This document shows positions 53,615 through 64,000 of a stretch of 64,000 nt of DNA, piece after piece. The first letter of the stretch is position 1, and every line of letters starts with the position of its first letter. The notes below the pieces were generated by a model that saw only the letters and a program-made list of their open reading frames with translations, was not told the origin of the DNA and made no database searches. Source of the stretch: Glycera tridactyla (Eukaryota); NCBI GenBank assembly GCA_965644265.1, contig OZ286470.1:18290001-18354000 (forward strand), read 5' to 3'. The position numbers and the translations under genes were made by a program.

Positions 53615-54374
53615 TACTAGATGCCTTAACCTTCATTCATCCACCTGAACCATGCGCTCATAAACGGTGTTTGATTTCTTTGATTGATTGATTGATTGAA
53701 AGGAAGGATGGATGCTCTGTCCCCTGCAGGCGTCACTTTCATAAACCATGATCACTACATGATGAGGAACCAGAGGCTGTCAACTGTAAAGAGCGGACCA
53801 AAAATATGTTACATGCATATCACATGACCAATAAGTCTTTAGCTGACATATTTGACCATGTAACTGGTCTTAAGCTGACACTCAATATACCATACTGATT
53901 TGGGAGTCCATTTATGTTTGTAGCAATGACTTATTTTGCATTGAAACCAACACATTTGATGTATAGATTTATTGCTTCATGGCTCATATGTGTTGCAAAA
54001 CCAAACAAATATTCAATTGCCAGAGATGTGAAAATTTGAAATTTGTAATTAAAATTTGGGTTCATTCATGTTGGAAATTCACATCAGTATTATCAAAATT
54101 TCATGAGCAAAGGATAATCCAAAACATTCTGGGGTCAAGGCTACTCAGAATCAATCTAGTGTATAAGGTACTCTAACTCAAGAGCGGAAATACGCAGTGC
54201 CAATTAATAAGGTTTTCAGGTGAATGAAGGAAGGTGGGGCATACAAGGGTAAGGAGCCAATCCAGTCCAGGACGATGAAGGTAGGCGGAGCTCAATGGGG
54301 AAATTCAGCCAATCACCAAAGAGAAGAGAGATAGGAGGACGCAGTGAAGCACGGTGAGGTTTGTGTTGTCTTAC

Positions 54375-54895
54375 CCCCTGTAGCTCAGCCTCAGTATCAG
54401 AGGCAGTCGAGCGGATCGCTTGGTGGGTTATACGCGATCGGCGGGACCGCCGCAAGCCATTCACATCGCCCGCTAGAGGTTCAGAGCTCGTACTTACGAG
54501 AGTGCTCCCCTCGGATACGTCTGAATCCACGCTGGAGTAGCGCGGGAGTTCGCCCCGTCGTCGCTCACTTCCCGTGTTCCCGCTCTGCATCAGCTCTTTG
54601 TTCTTCACAAAGTCTCTGAGCATATCACCGCTTTCGCTTCCATACCCTGAACTCAGCTCACGATTACGTTCGCTCTCGGAGCTACTCCCGACCTGGTGTC
54701 CGAGAGTCAAGTTGGCAATGTTCCGGCTCAGTTCCATGAACTCTTGCGTTTTTGAGTTTTCGTTATTGTCCAAATCACGATTACTGTGATGCACCTTCGT
54801 CCGATGGACACCATGATGGGCAGCGTTGTTCACATCACTCGGTTTACGCAGTTCGATGTTCTCAAATTCATCACCGTTCACGATAACTGGAGAAC
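54375..54895 (-). CDS. MADD: MADD large Ser-rich exon (GSPVIVNGDEF...SSVDSDVSEGSTLVSTSSE...STASDTEAELQG)
   Basis: gttgtttcag|GT...GGG|gtaaga, 521 nt open, CpG-rich relative to the introns, phase 1->0; SSxDSxVS and SDxE motifs resemble MADD. Confidence 0.9.
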
Positions 54896-55901
54896 CTGAA
54901 ACAACCAATCAAGAACCTCAGTCTGTGATAGCAAGTAAATGTTTTCAATGACTATGACAATGACGGATACTCTACTGGCATAGACAGCTCATGATTCATA
55001 TTACAAATCATCCAGACGCAAGGGTCTGTTAGTAACACTGCAAGCATATAACCATGTCATAATTCATGCAAATTATCATATGTATACCAAATATTCTCAA
55101 TGCTACATTCCGGTGTCCAAATATGAGATATAATTTACCTATAATTTCATATCATTATACACAAATTTGTTGTCGGAGATATGATAGAATGTTTGTCACC
55201 AGTGGGGTATGATGATACTATTCATGTTACAAGAAGAGCAATTGATCAGTCAACAACCCGTGGGGAGGTGATATGGTTCAGCATAACTGGCTTTGAATTC
55301 ATTCACTGTGTTCACATTCTGCACATTTTTATTCAGTGGATTCCATAAAATGACCACCAAAAACAACTGAAATTGTTGAGGGAGTAATGCATTTTCCCTG
55401 CATATCTCCAACACAAATGGTGTGGATCTGACAGTCAGAAACAGTTGCCTCTCACATACCTCTTCCAAATCATACATGTATGCGTTCTCGTGAGTGATAC
55501 ATAAGGACTGCAATGAAGGTTGGGATTTGCATGAGTCATAGTTCAAGTTCATATCTCAGATGAATGTTCAGTTATAACCTCAACTACCGGTACACATGAT
55601 TTTGTTGATGTATTTCAACCTCTAAATACCATAAAATTCAGCTCATTCACTTGGGGGATGCATTCTAACACATAGTTGATGTCACTGTGAAATAAACCTG
55701 TCATATAAAGTGGTCTTAATAGACAGGTGACCTCTGTAGGAAGATGATTGATAGTATGAAGTCTCATGGGAGGTGTCTTTGTAGGAATGTTGTCATTTTG
55801 CAGAGGTGACCTCCAAAGCAGGTTTAGCTGTAATATACAGGCCATCAGTCTTGATGCACACAAATGCATATTCACTCGTTCTGATTCTTGTCAACAAACA
55901 C

Positions 55902-55975
55902 ATATGCACACAGACACAGACACAGGCACAGACACGCACACACACATATATAAACATGTGCATGCATGCATACAT

Positions 55976-56014
<39 letters not shown>

Positions 56015-56122
56015 CAAGCACGCACACACAAAAACACAACATATGCATGCATGCACACATGTGCACACACACATACATGCACACATACACGTGCACGCAC
56101 ACACACAAACACACACACACAA
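55902..56122. repeat. compound (CA)n/(CATG)n microsatellite
   Basis: Interrupted CA tracts; source of the HTHT/VCVC ORFs. Confidence 0.92.
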
Positions 56123-59100
56123 ACAATATGCATCTATTTCCATCTCCGGCATCCTTCAATCAATTCATGAATTTATCAGACAGTCAATCAATCTATCGAC
56201 CAATCATCTTTCATCGTTACCAAAGAGCTGTACCGCAAAATAGGATCAATATCATTACCTGATGTATATCTTTATTCATGCTTCATTATATAATATGCCA
56301 CTCTCGTTTAGCAGAAGCTGTGGTGAGCAGGCAATTAAGATTCCTCCAAATTGAGACTCTCAAGACAGGTGCGGTGATGTCAACAAGTCTGATACCAGGT
56401 GGATACACAGGCCTCAAACAGATCCAAATCCCACATTAATTGTCCAACTGACACCAATAAACCACATAAAAAGACTTTTTGTTTCTATGATTACACATGA
56501 CAAACTCATAATGCGAAAATCTGCATCAGCATTCCCTACACAATTTCTCAATAATTTGCCATACTATTGATTTCCTTTTTCACAATCACATGAATCGCCC
56601 CCATATACAGGTTAAAGCTGGATAGAAGACCTCTGTGAGATATATCATAAAATTACATAGTAAATTCTTCAAAATTCAGTCTATGGAGACAGCCACTCAC
56701 CGGTTGAAGGCATATTTGCATAGTAATGAACGAAAAGTCATCTGAAAAATGCATGCTCATGAGAGATTTTTGTCTATTACATGCTCATGCTTCAGGAGTT
56801 CCTCCTTATCCACACTGTACATTAGATCATTTTAAGTATATAATTCATATAATCCAAAGGTGTACTGTGGGATCCAGTGTTATTCTAACATAATGAGATC
56901 AAGATTCAATCATCCTTATTGTCATTGTCACATATGAAGATCTAGGTGACACACAACAAGACTCTACATTTATTTTTTTCTTCCGTAGTCCTACGGGCAG
57001 GTAAGAGAGATATTCACCTGTCCTCCCTGCAACATTAACCTGCCCTCCGGAATAAGTCCAGATAATGGTTAGGTACCTGCGCACTGGATGGGCAAATCAA
57101 TAAAATCATCTGCCTCAAGAACCAATCTGCCCATCTGTGCCAGTGGGGTAGCTCTCAACATAGAGCCCTGTACAATGCACAGAAAGTTCTTTATCTGTGC
57201 CAGCACCCGCTCCTGGGATTCTCAATCTTGCACCTCAATTTGCTTATACAGATTTTCAGGGACTCTTTGAGGAGTCTTGTGAAGTCGTCAGGTGACCATG
57301 TGAATAGCAAACTTGCAGGACTATTTGAGTTATATCGAACAAACAGGTCACTAAAATTGGACATAGCTAGTTCACAGATCAGGGGCGAGTAGGGTGGATG
57401 ATTATCGTTACATGGACACGAATAGTTGACAACATCTGGTGAGGAGAGGAATTGGCAAGTTGGAGCAGCGACCGTCTGTCAAATCACGATCCGATGAGAA
57501 CACCATCGGATCATTGTCATCATTTTTCTACCTCGATTCTATTCAGATGCAATATCTTGAATATATAAAACTTCTGTTTATGATTGAATCTGCTTACACT
57601 GAGTTTTTATGCATTAGGAGAGCAAATAACCACTGCAGTATAACAAATGGCAAACCACTTACTACAGACTTTCTCGTTTATTGCACTTATTGGTCAAATC
57701 TGCAAATTATCAACCATCATTACTACATGAATCCATGGAGATATGGTTGCTGCCATGGCAAAGATAGACCATGAAATTGAAAGAGTTTTCAGATATACAA
57801 GTTACATTCATCAAGATCACATTTCTATTGTGAAAATGAGATTAATTTCAATTCAGTATCTGTATATCGGTGATGTGGTCATGAAAAAATATTCCCACCA
57901 GATTTGACTTGACAGACTATACCACCAGTGTAACTGCAAAATGTCATGAATGCTCAAATACAACTAAACATCACGAGGTGGAAATTAAGTTGCATTTAAA
58001 CAGTCTAATTTCACACAAGATGGTGGCAGCTCAAACCTACGTATGGTGTGCAGCTCACAACAGAAACGGTGACCATCTCCTAGAGATCTAAGGTCAGCTC
58101 AAAGTTACATGGTAAGGTACCTAACATGCATCATATGATCAGACCTAGTTGAAACTGGAGAACCCCATCAATGAGATTTCAACATGGAATTCCCATTCCA
58201 TCAGGGATTTTCTGACTAGAGAGGAATCTTTAAAAAGGTTCATATCCCTTTTAGCACTTAAGCAAATCCCACTTCTCGACTCAAAAAATCTTTTTGGCTA
58301 CCACAACTGTTTAACATAATAATCTTTCATACTGTCAGGTGGAAGAATGGGTAAGACTACAATAAATTCCTTGGTATATTCAACTCAAAATACAAACCTG
58401 GGGGCCCATGAAACCAGTGACCGCTAGAAACAATCTAGCTATGGGTACAGAAGGTCACTGGTATCAACTAATACCTGACTGATGCAACTATACATATATT
58501 CATACTACTTTTCAAAACAAGATTCCAACTGTCACTAAAATGGGTGCTCCAGTGTGAAGCAATTGAACAGATCAGAGTACCAGAAACTAGATCACAGTAA
58601 CTGATAAAACAATTTATAAGTCACACAGTCTTTCTAAAATTGGCCATATAAATGAAAAATTTCAATAAAAAAATGTAGATTCTGTCCAAAGAAAAATGGG
58701 AGGGCTTGCCTAAACATCATAGCAATGTGATTCCATGCAGTGGTGAAGCAGCATCACACTGGCCAATAGCAGCCATGCATACAGACAGCCAATAGCCACA
58801 CTCCTAACAGATTTTGTTTCTGCCAATAGTAGCCATGCTTACAAACATCCAGCAACTGGATCCCAAACAATTCAACTGTCCAAAACATCAAGGTGACAAC
58901 ATGCTTTTAAACAGCCAATACATTGATATGAGTGAGCCAATCATGTTGATTATTGCTCCCAAAAAGCCAATGGCTAAACATTCCCCAGAATATATCAAAA
59001 TTCTGCCATGCCCCTTATCAATACAATGCAGCTTCTACATCTTAAACTTCTTACATAAGGTGATGAAAAATTTGGATAGTGGACGCTTGACTAGAAATGT

Positions 59101-59950
59101 TTTCTTAGTATTCTTACATAGGGCTTGATAAATGTCTTGTAAAGTTGCAGACATGGATTTTCTATGATGATGAGTAATACTGCACTTCTACATGCAAATA
59201 ATCCTACATGATCATGTGGAAACATGGTATTTCTATTGATCATACCTTAAATATAGCTTAGTCTACAGACTAACTGCAATCTCTAATCAACACTTTGTCC
59301 ATGCAGTAATATCTAATCAAACTTGGTCCATGCAGCATTTTCTATGAATTAAATTATATTTGGTGCCTATTACACTATATGATCAGTGTATCACAATCTT
59401 CCAGGACATGGATTGCTAATTTTGAATACTTGAATTTTGAAACTGAGAAGCGAGCAATAAATACTGATGCTGCAGTATGATGTGCAATATTTCTATTCTA
59501 TATTCAGTGCCATAAGGTCTAGGGAATTGAAAAACAATTATTTACACATCACAAAAATTACTATATTATGCTTTGACAATATGAAAGAAATGATAATTGA
59601 TGAGTCCTGATGGAACCATCATTTTCAAACTAAGTACATTTTGACTCAATAAAGATATTTTTATTTAAAAACGTTTACAGAATTAAGGTAGTTACTCTGC
59701 AATGCTTACTTAATACTTTCCCATCTACAAAGGTTATGAAAATATGCATGATGAAATGTGAATTTTTGGCTCAATATCACAAAACTGCAGGTGTCTTACA
59801 CACTGGAGGTGGTTTTGAACACAATGTCTAATACAACAGTATCTACCCAGCAAGCCAATGACATCAAGTGTTACGCCGCTTTGACGTTGATCAACCTATA
59901 CTTGAATCTACGTGTGCGGCAAGCTGATATGTGGTTGCCTAGCTACTGAC

Positions 59951-60043
59951 CTCCCTCAACGTTCCCGCTACCTATGGCGGTATCCAAACCCATACTGCCA
60001 CCGTGCTGTGGATCATGTGACTCAACCCCACGCTGCCGCCCAC
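59951..60043 (-). CDS. MADD: probable MADD exon (G)GRQRGVESHDPQHGGSMGLDTAIGSGNVEG(G)
   Basis: ctttgcttcag|GT...GGA G|gtcagt, 93 nt, GC-rich, symmetric phase 1->1 and compatible with its flanks; poorly conserved region, so supported by signals, phase and composition only. Confidence 0.72.
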
Positions 60044-60914
60044 CTGAAGCAAAGGCCATGATCAGCCAAGGGTCATTCAGTCGAGAAAGAAAGGCTAACA
60101 AGGGCATGGAATATTAAAGTCAAGGAAAGGCATCAATAGCAACTGTGAATTAAAGACAGCCATTGAATGGTCATGCAAATGTCGCATTGAAAAATCCTGT
60201 AAAAGTCATGCTGACCAAAGTGTTCAACTATGAACATTATTCAACCCAACTCATCACAAAAAGCTATTTTCTGAGCTGAACAGAAAAAACAAGAATGAAA
60301 CCATCCACTACGTTCCCTATCAACCAATGTTCCCTTACCCTTCTATGAAACTTATGGAATACACATATCAATATAAATTTTGAGAACCAAACAGAGAAAT
60401 ATCCAACCTCCACCAAAACTTCTATCATGAAGCATGAATCTTGACTACCATGAGTTTTCGCTTGGATTAAAAACAACGGACCTGACAGCTGAAAGGAATA
60501 TTGAGATCTCAAAAAAGCCTTTGACAATGTGCGAGAACAGAGCAAAAGGCATCTGACAATGTGAGAGGACAAAAAGCCTCTCTATGTCATGAAGAGATGT
60601 GTCACTGGAGAAACACCAGGAGCCACCATTAACACATCAGCATCACCTTGTGAACATTGCTATATGTGTCCACACAGGTCCTATTTGTTAATATTTCAAA
60701 CATTCTCAGCTGGTTAGATTGGAGAATTAATTGATTGATTGCATCCATCCTGCATCATATGAGGGTCCATACCGAATAGTGTGAGTATCAAACTTTCAAT
60801 GGTCCTGCTCACTCTTGCCAGCGATCACTGCTGACAGACAAACCATTGCAGTTACATGTTTGCAATGCTTGATTAATTATCTATCACCATGAACAGCAGA
60901 TATAGGATGGGTTT

Positions 60915-61080
60915 ACAGCAAAACCTGTGATGAGAGACTGTCTTAAATATCACCAGAAAGCAGCCTCTCAAAAGAGGTTTCTTTGTCATAAGAATGTTTG
61001 ATTCTGTTGAATCCAAAAGATACCCTGAAAAAGTGGTTTCCAGTTGAAGCTGGTATGTTTTCACTGCAGGGTTCACCACA
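60915..61080. mobile_element. degenerate family-A-like MITE
   Basis: TA|CAGCAAAACCTGTGATGAGAGAC...cagggttcac; decayed internal repeats. Confidence 0.55.
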
Positions 61081-61793
61081 CTATACATACACAAACCAAC
61101 TCATACATACATACATGCAGATACATTCCACACACAGAGATATACATTTTCGCTCACACACTCTATGTATGAGGCAGGCTTAAAATGAAGGTAAACCTCC
61201 TAAAACTCGAACAATTTAGTGCACTGTTCATACACATACGGTACTAAGTCAGGCCATGTCCCATACCAAATGTGGGATATGGCCTCTGGAAAACCGCCAG
61301 AAGATTTATATTTATCTATATTATATTTTCCACGCAATTTTCCAACCAACCTCTGACGAAAAAAATCACTCAGGTGCGACATTCCATCCAATCAGTGGTT
61401 TGTCAGATATTGAGAGGAATGCACTTCGGCCAGCAATAGGATGAAAATCACTGGAGCATGATAGTTGACCAACTACTGTTGGATATGTCTGATGTTGGTA
61501 AGAAAAACCCAACCGATCACAGGCAGGAGCTCAATCAAAACTCGATCAAATGTGACAGTATATTGGGATGCATATACAAGAGACCAGATCCTGTTCATCA
61601 AAATTGTCCCTCACCATGCAACATAGGATGAATTGATTAACCCATCAAAGAATAAATTATGTGCAGATACACATGATTCTATTGATATATTCCTCTAGCT
61701 GGAACAGAATTCCTGATATCGGACAAGCATCATGAAATGAAGGATAGTGTTCAAGATGACAGAAAAAAAAATCAATGCTCTAAAGTGTGCTTG

Positions 61794-61876
61794 GGTGTGT
61801 GTGTGTGTGTGTGTGTGTGTATGAAGGTGGTGGTGGGATGTGTGTGCGTGTGTGCATGTGTGTGTGTGTGTGTGTA
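61794..61876. repeat. (GT)n microsatellite
   Basis: Interrupted GT run. Confidence 0.92.
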
Positions 61877-62246
61877 TGCAGGATTGATTCATAGTGAATA
61901 TATAACACTTGACATTTGTTAAATAATCATCTGCATGAGATATGCTTGTCTGAGATAAAAATCGAAAAAACTTTGATCAACAAAATATAATCCAACTTCA
62001 AACTATTTCAAAGAACACATCCACTGAAGAAAAGAGCCATATGAATATCCCACAAAACATGAACATAACTAACAAAGGGAAGGTTAAATATTATGGCATA
62101 TGTGACAAAGTGCTTATAGTGGCCAAGGTTAGAAGTATGACCCATGGCCTGGTTTGGAATGTCACCAATGGTCTGTCTGTCTGCTTGTTTCTCTGTCCAT
62201 CTGTCTGTCTGTCCTCTTTTGACCTCCATCTGTTGGTCTGCATGCT

Positions 62247-62407
62247 NNNNNNNNNNNNNNNNNNNNNNNNNNNNNNNNNNNNNNNNNNNNNNNNNNNNNN
62301 NNNNNNNNNNNNNNNNNNNNNNNNNNNNNNNNNNNNNNNNNNNNNNNNNNNNNNNNNNNNNNNNNNNNNNNNNNNNNNNNNNNNNNNNNNNNNNNNNNNN
62401 NNNNNNN
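62247..62407. other. assembly gap (N run) inside a (CTGT)n tract
   Basis: 161 N flanked by tctg/ctgt repeats. Confidence 0.99.
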
Positions 62408-62825
62408 TATGTCTGTCTGTCCATCCATCTCGTCTGTTTGTCAGTCTGTCAACATTTGTGGCAGGCCAAACCAGTTCCAAGCACAATGTAAATAGGGATC
62501 ATATGCTATAACATGAATTGAATCTGCCATCTTGACTGGCTCAGACGAAACCAGCAGGAACATGAAACTGGATTCTGCTTGTCAACATACTCAGGCAGGT
62601 TTCATTGAGCCCAAAGCGAAGGTGGCAAATTTAAATCATATGAAAGAAATAGGGATACCGAGAGCTGTACCTAATACACTTTGATACCTTTACATACTAA
62701 AAGAGGCAAAACATTCCCAGCTAGTCTTCATGAAAGGTTCCCTTCCTTAGACTGTAATGATGGGAACAAATAATATCATGTATGGTAAAGATGAATGGTA
62801 CCCTTTAATTTCAACGCCAACATAC

Positions 62826-62867
62826 TTTCAGATTGTGCCTTGTCAGTCTTCTCCGCCTCCTCAATAA
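62826..62867 (-). CDS. MADD: candidate 42-nt cassette exon (V)IEEAEKTDKAQSE(S)
   Basis: ttatttgttcaag|TT...GAA A|gtatgt; symmetric phase 1->1 in a phase-1 intron; purine-rich GAG/AAG content. Confidence 0.55.
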
Positions 62868-63280
62868 CTTGAACAAATAAATTCAAATTTGCATTTTTCA
62901 GATACTTCTCCAGAACACTGCACAATTCTGTATTCAATATACGCTAGGATAAAGAATCCTTTGGGAGTCTGGTCAGGTCCTGCCAATATAAAAAAAACCT
63001 CAACCCTTTGCCTTGCATCCCCTGATTCCAATTCACTGGAGTGTGGGGGCAGCTATCCCAGGGGTTAGTGCTTCGTGTTCTTTTAGTTATGGCCATTGAT
63101 CCATGTGACCAAGACCACTTGTAAAGCTGTCAAAACTCCGGGATCATTTCAGTTACATAGTTCCAAAGTAAGTGATTGTGATTTCATTGACAAGGATCAA
63201 CTTGGAACCAAGACCAACCTACTGGTATTTGCTATAACACTGGCCAGAATATCTTCCCCTTAATCTTCACAAATTGATCA

Positions 63281-63495
63281 GTCAATGGAATAGCTCAATG
63301 ATATTGATTAAATGGAATAGCTCGATGATATTGCTTCAATAGAATGACTCTATGATGTTGAAATGGTTCAATGAATTTGCTCAATAGTTTTGATTCAATG
63401 AAATTGCCCAGCAATGTTGATTCAAAAAATGGATCTATAATATCTGATAATGAAATAGCTGGATGATGTTGGTTCAATAAAATGGCTCAATAGTA
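63281..63495. repeat. degenerate ~27-bp minisatellite
   Basis: About 7 decayed copies of tcaatggaatagctcaatgatattgat. Confidence 0.6.
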
Positions 63496-63678
63496 CCCAA
63501 CAGTATCTAGTGCCCAAAAAGAAATGACGTATCAACATGCACCTATTTGATTATGATGAATAGCAATTCAGATAAAAGTAACTTTTGTGAAATATATGCA
63601 TATTGTATGGAAGGGTATGGACAAAATTGCATCATTTACATGACTATCGATGGGCAAGAATGTCAAGATAGTACTCAC

Positions 63679-63796
63679 CGACTGATGGCACCATCTGTTC
63701 CTCGTTCCAGTTCCGCGTCGTATCTCCCATCTTTGCGCTCTGGTTATCTACCGTCAGCGATGAAAGACTTTCTCGGCTTCCAAATGGTGAACTCGT
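63679..63796 (-). CDS. MADD: MADD exon TSSPFGSRESLSSLTVDNQSAKMGDTTRNWNEEQMVPSV(G)
   Basis: cttctcctcttacag|ACG...GTC G|gtgagt, 118 nt, phase 0->1; strong signals, CpG-rich, in frame with downstream exons. Confidence 0.85.
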
Positions 63797-64000
63797 CTGT
63801 AAGAGGAGAAGAGCTGATATAGTAGCACCTGTGACTAGAGACCTCCTGATGCTAGACTAACTTAGACAGGGATCAGACCACCATCATCACTACTCACAAA
63901 AGTCCGTCGTCATCCAAAACACAGTTGAACTCACCTCTAACCTGATTGACAAGTTTCCACTTCAGTACAATGAAAACAAATAAAGTGGGCTCCCACAGAA

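Larger units (their letters stand above)
1268..63796 (-). other. MADD: MADD gene span (3' part; 5' exons outside window)
   Basis: 13 minus-strand GT-AG exons join in frame from TSSPFGSRESL... to ...KERIYKTL*. The C-terminal ~330 aa are recognisably MADD/Rab3-GEF ([65 protein letters not shown]). Confidence 0.97.

Noticed and set aside
54216-54374. Continuation of the 230-aa ORF (VRQHKPHR...PSFT*) as an alternative C-terminus
   Set aside because: It lies beyond a consensus donor (GGG|gtaaga) whose phase matches the next exon; treated as intron read-through, with no evidence for a terminal exon.
60505-60531. DLKKAFDNV, resembling the non-LTR reverse-transcriptase motif
   Set aside because: Immediately preceded by an in-frame stop, closed after 19 codons, and no other RT motifs nearby.
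883-62511. Many HTHT/VCVC, poly-I/N and TDRQ ORFs in the ORF track
   Set aside because: All are translations of CA/GT, AAT/ATC or GACA microsatellites or span N gaps.
63935-63959. 25-nt exon-like segment near the window end (ctgaag|...|gtgagt)
   Set aside because: The upstream exon is outside the window, so phase cannot be tested; no recognisable MADD similarity.

Overview
Eukaryotic, AT-rich, intron-dominated genomic DNA from an invertebrate animal, probably a non-vertebrate deuterostome (inferred from the protein sequence and repeat types, not proven). One protein-coding gene spans essentially the whole window on the minus strand: the 3' half of MADD (MAP-kinase-activating death domain protein / DENN / Rab3-GEF). 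I reconstructed 13 phase-consistent GT-AG exons from 63796 to the stop codon at 1268. The N-terminal DENN-module exons lie beyond the window end. Introns contain TA-flanked Tc1/mariner-pogo-like MITEs, CAGGG-ended hAT-like elements (two with apparent 5-bp target duplications), a complete Helentron-type (HINE/pearl-like) element carrying a 147-bp satellite, microsatellites and two assembly gaps. The most interesting unexplained structures are: (i) a set of candidate cassette exons and microexons of 3, 8, 19, 24, 33, 36 and 42 nt, including an 8+19-nt pair that keeps frame only when both are included; (ii) an inverted MITE pair bracketing a 600-nt, stop-free four-exon block (circRNA configuration); (iii) a CCAAT-box cluster plus an ATG-bearing exon that could make a short DENN-less isoform; (iv) an NMD-escaping truncated C-terminus if the 73-nt exon is skipped. 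All splice-isoform claims are predictions read by eye and need RNA data. No prokaryotic-type system (CRISPR, operon, prophage) and no rRNA or tRNA was seen.
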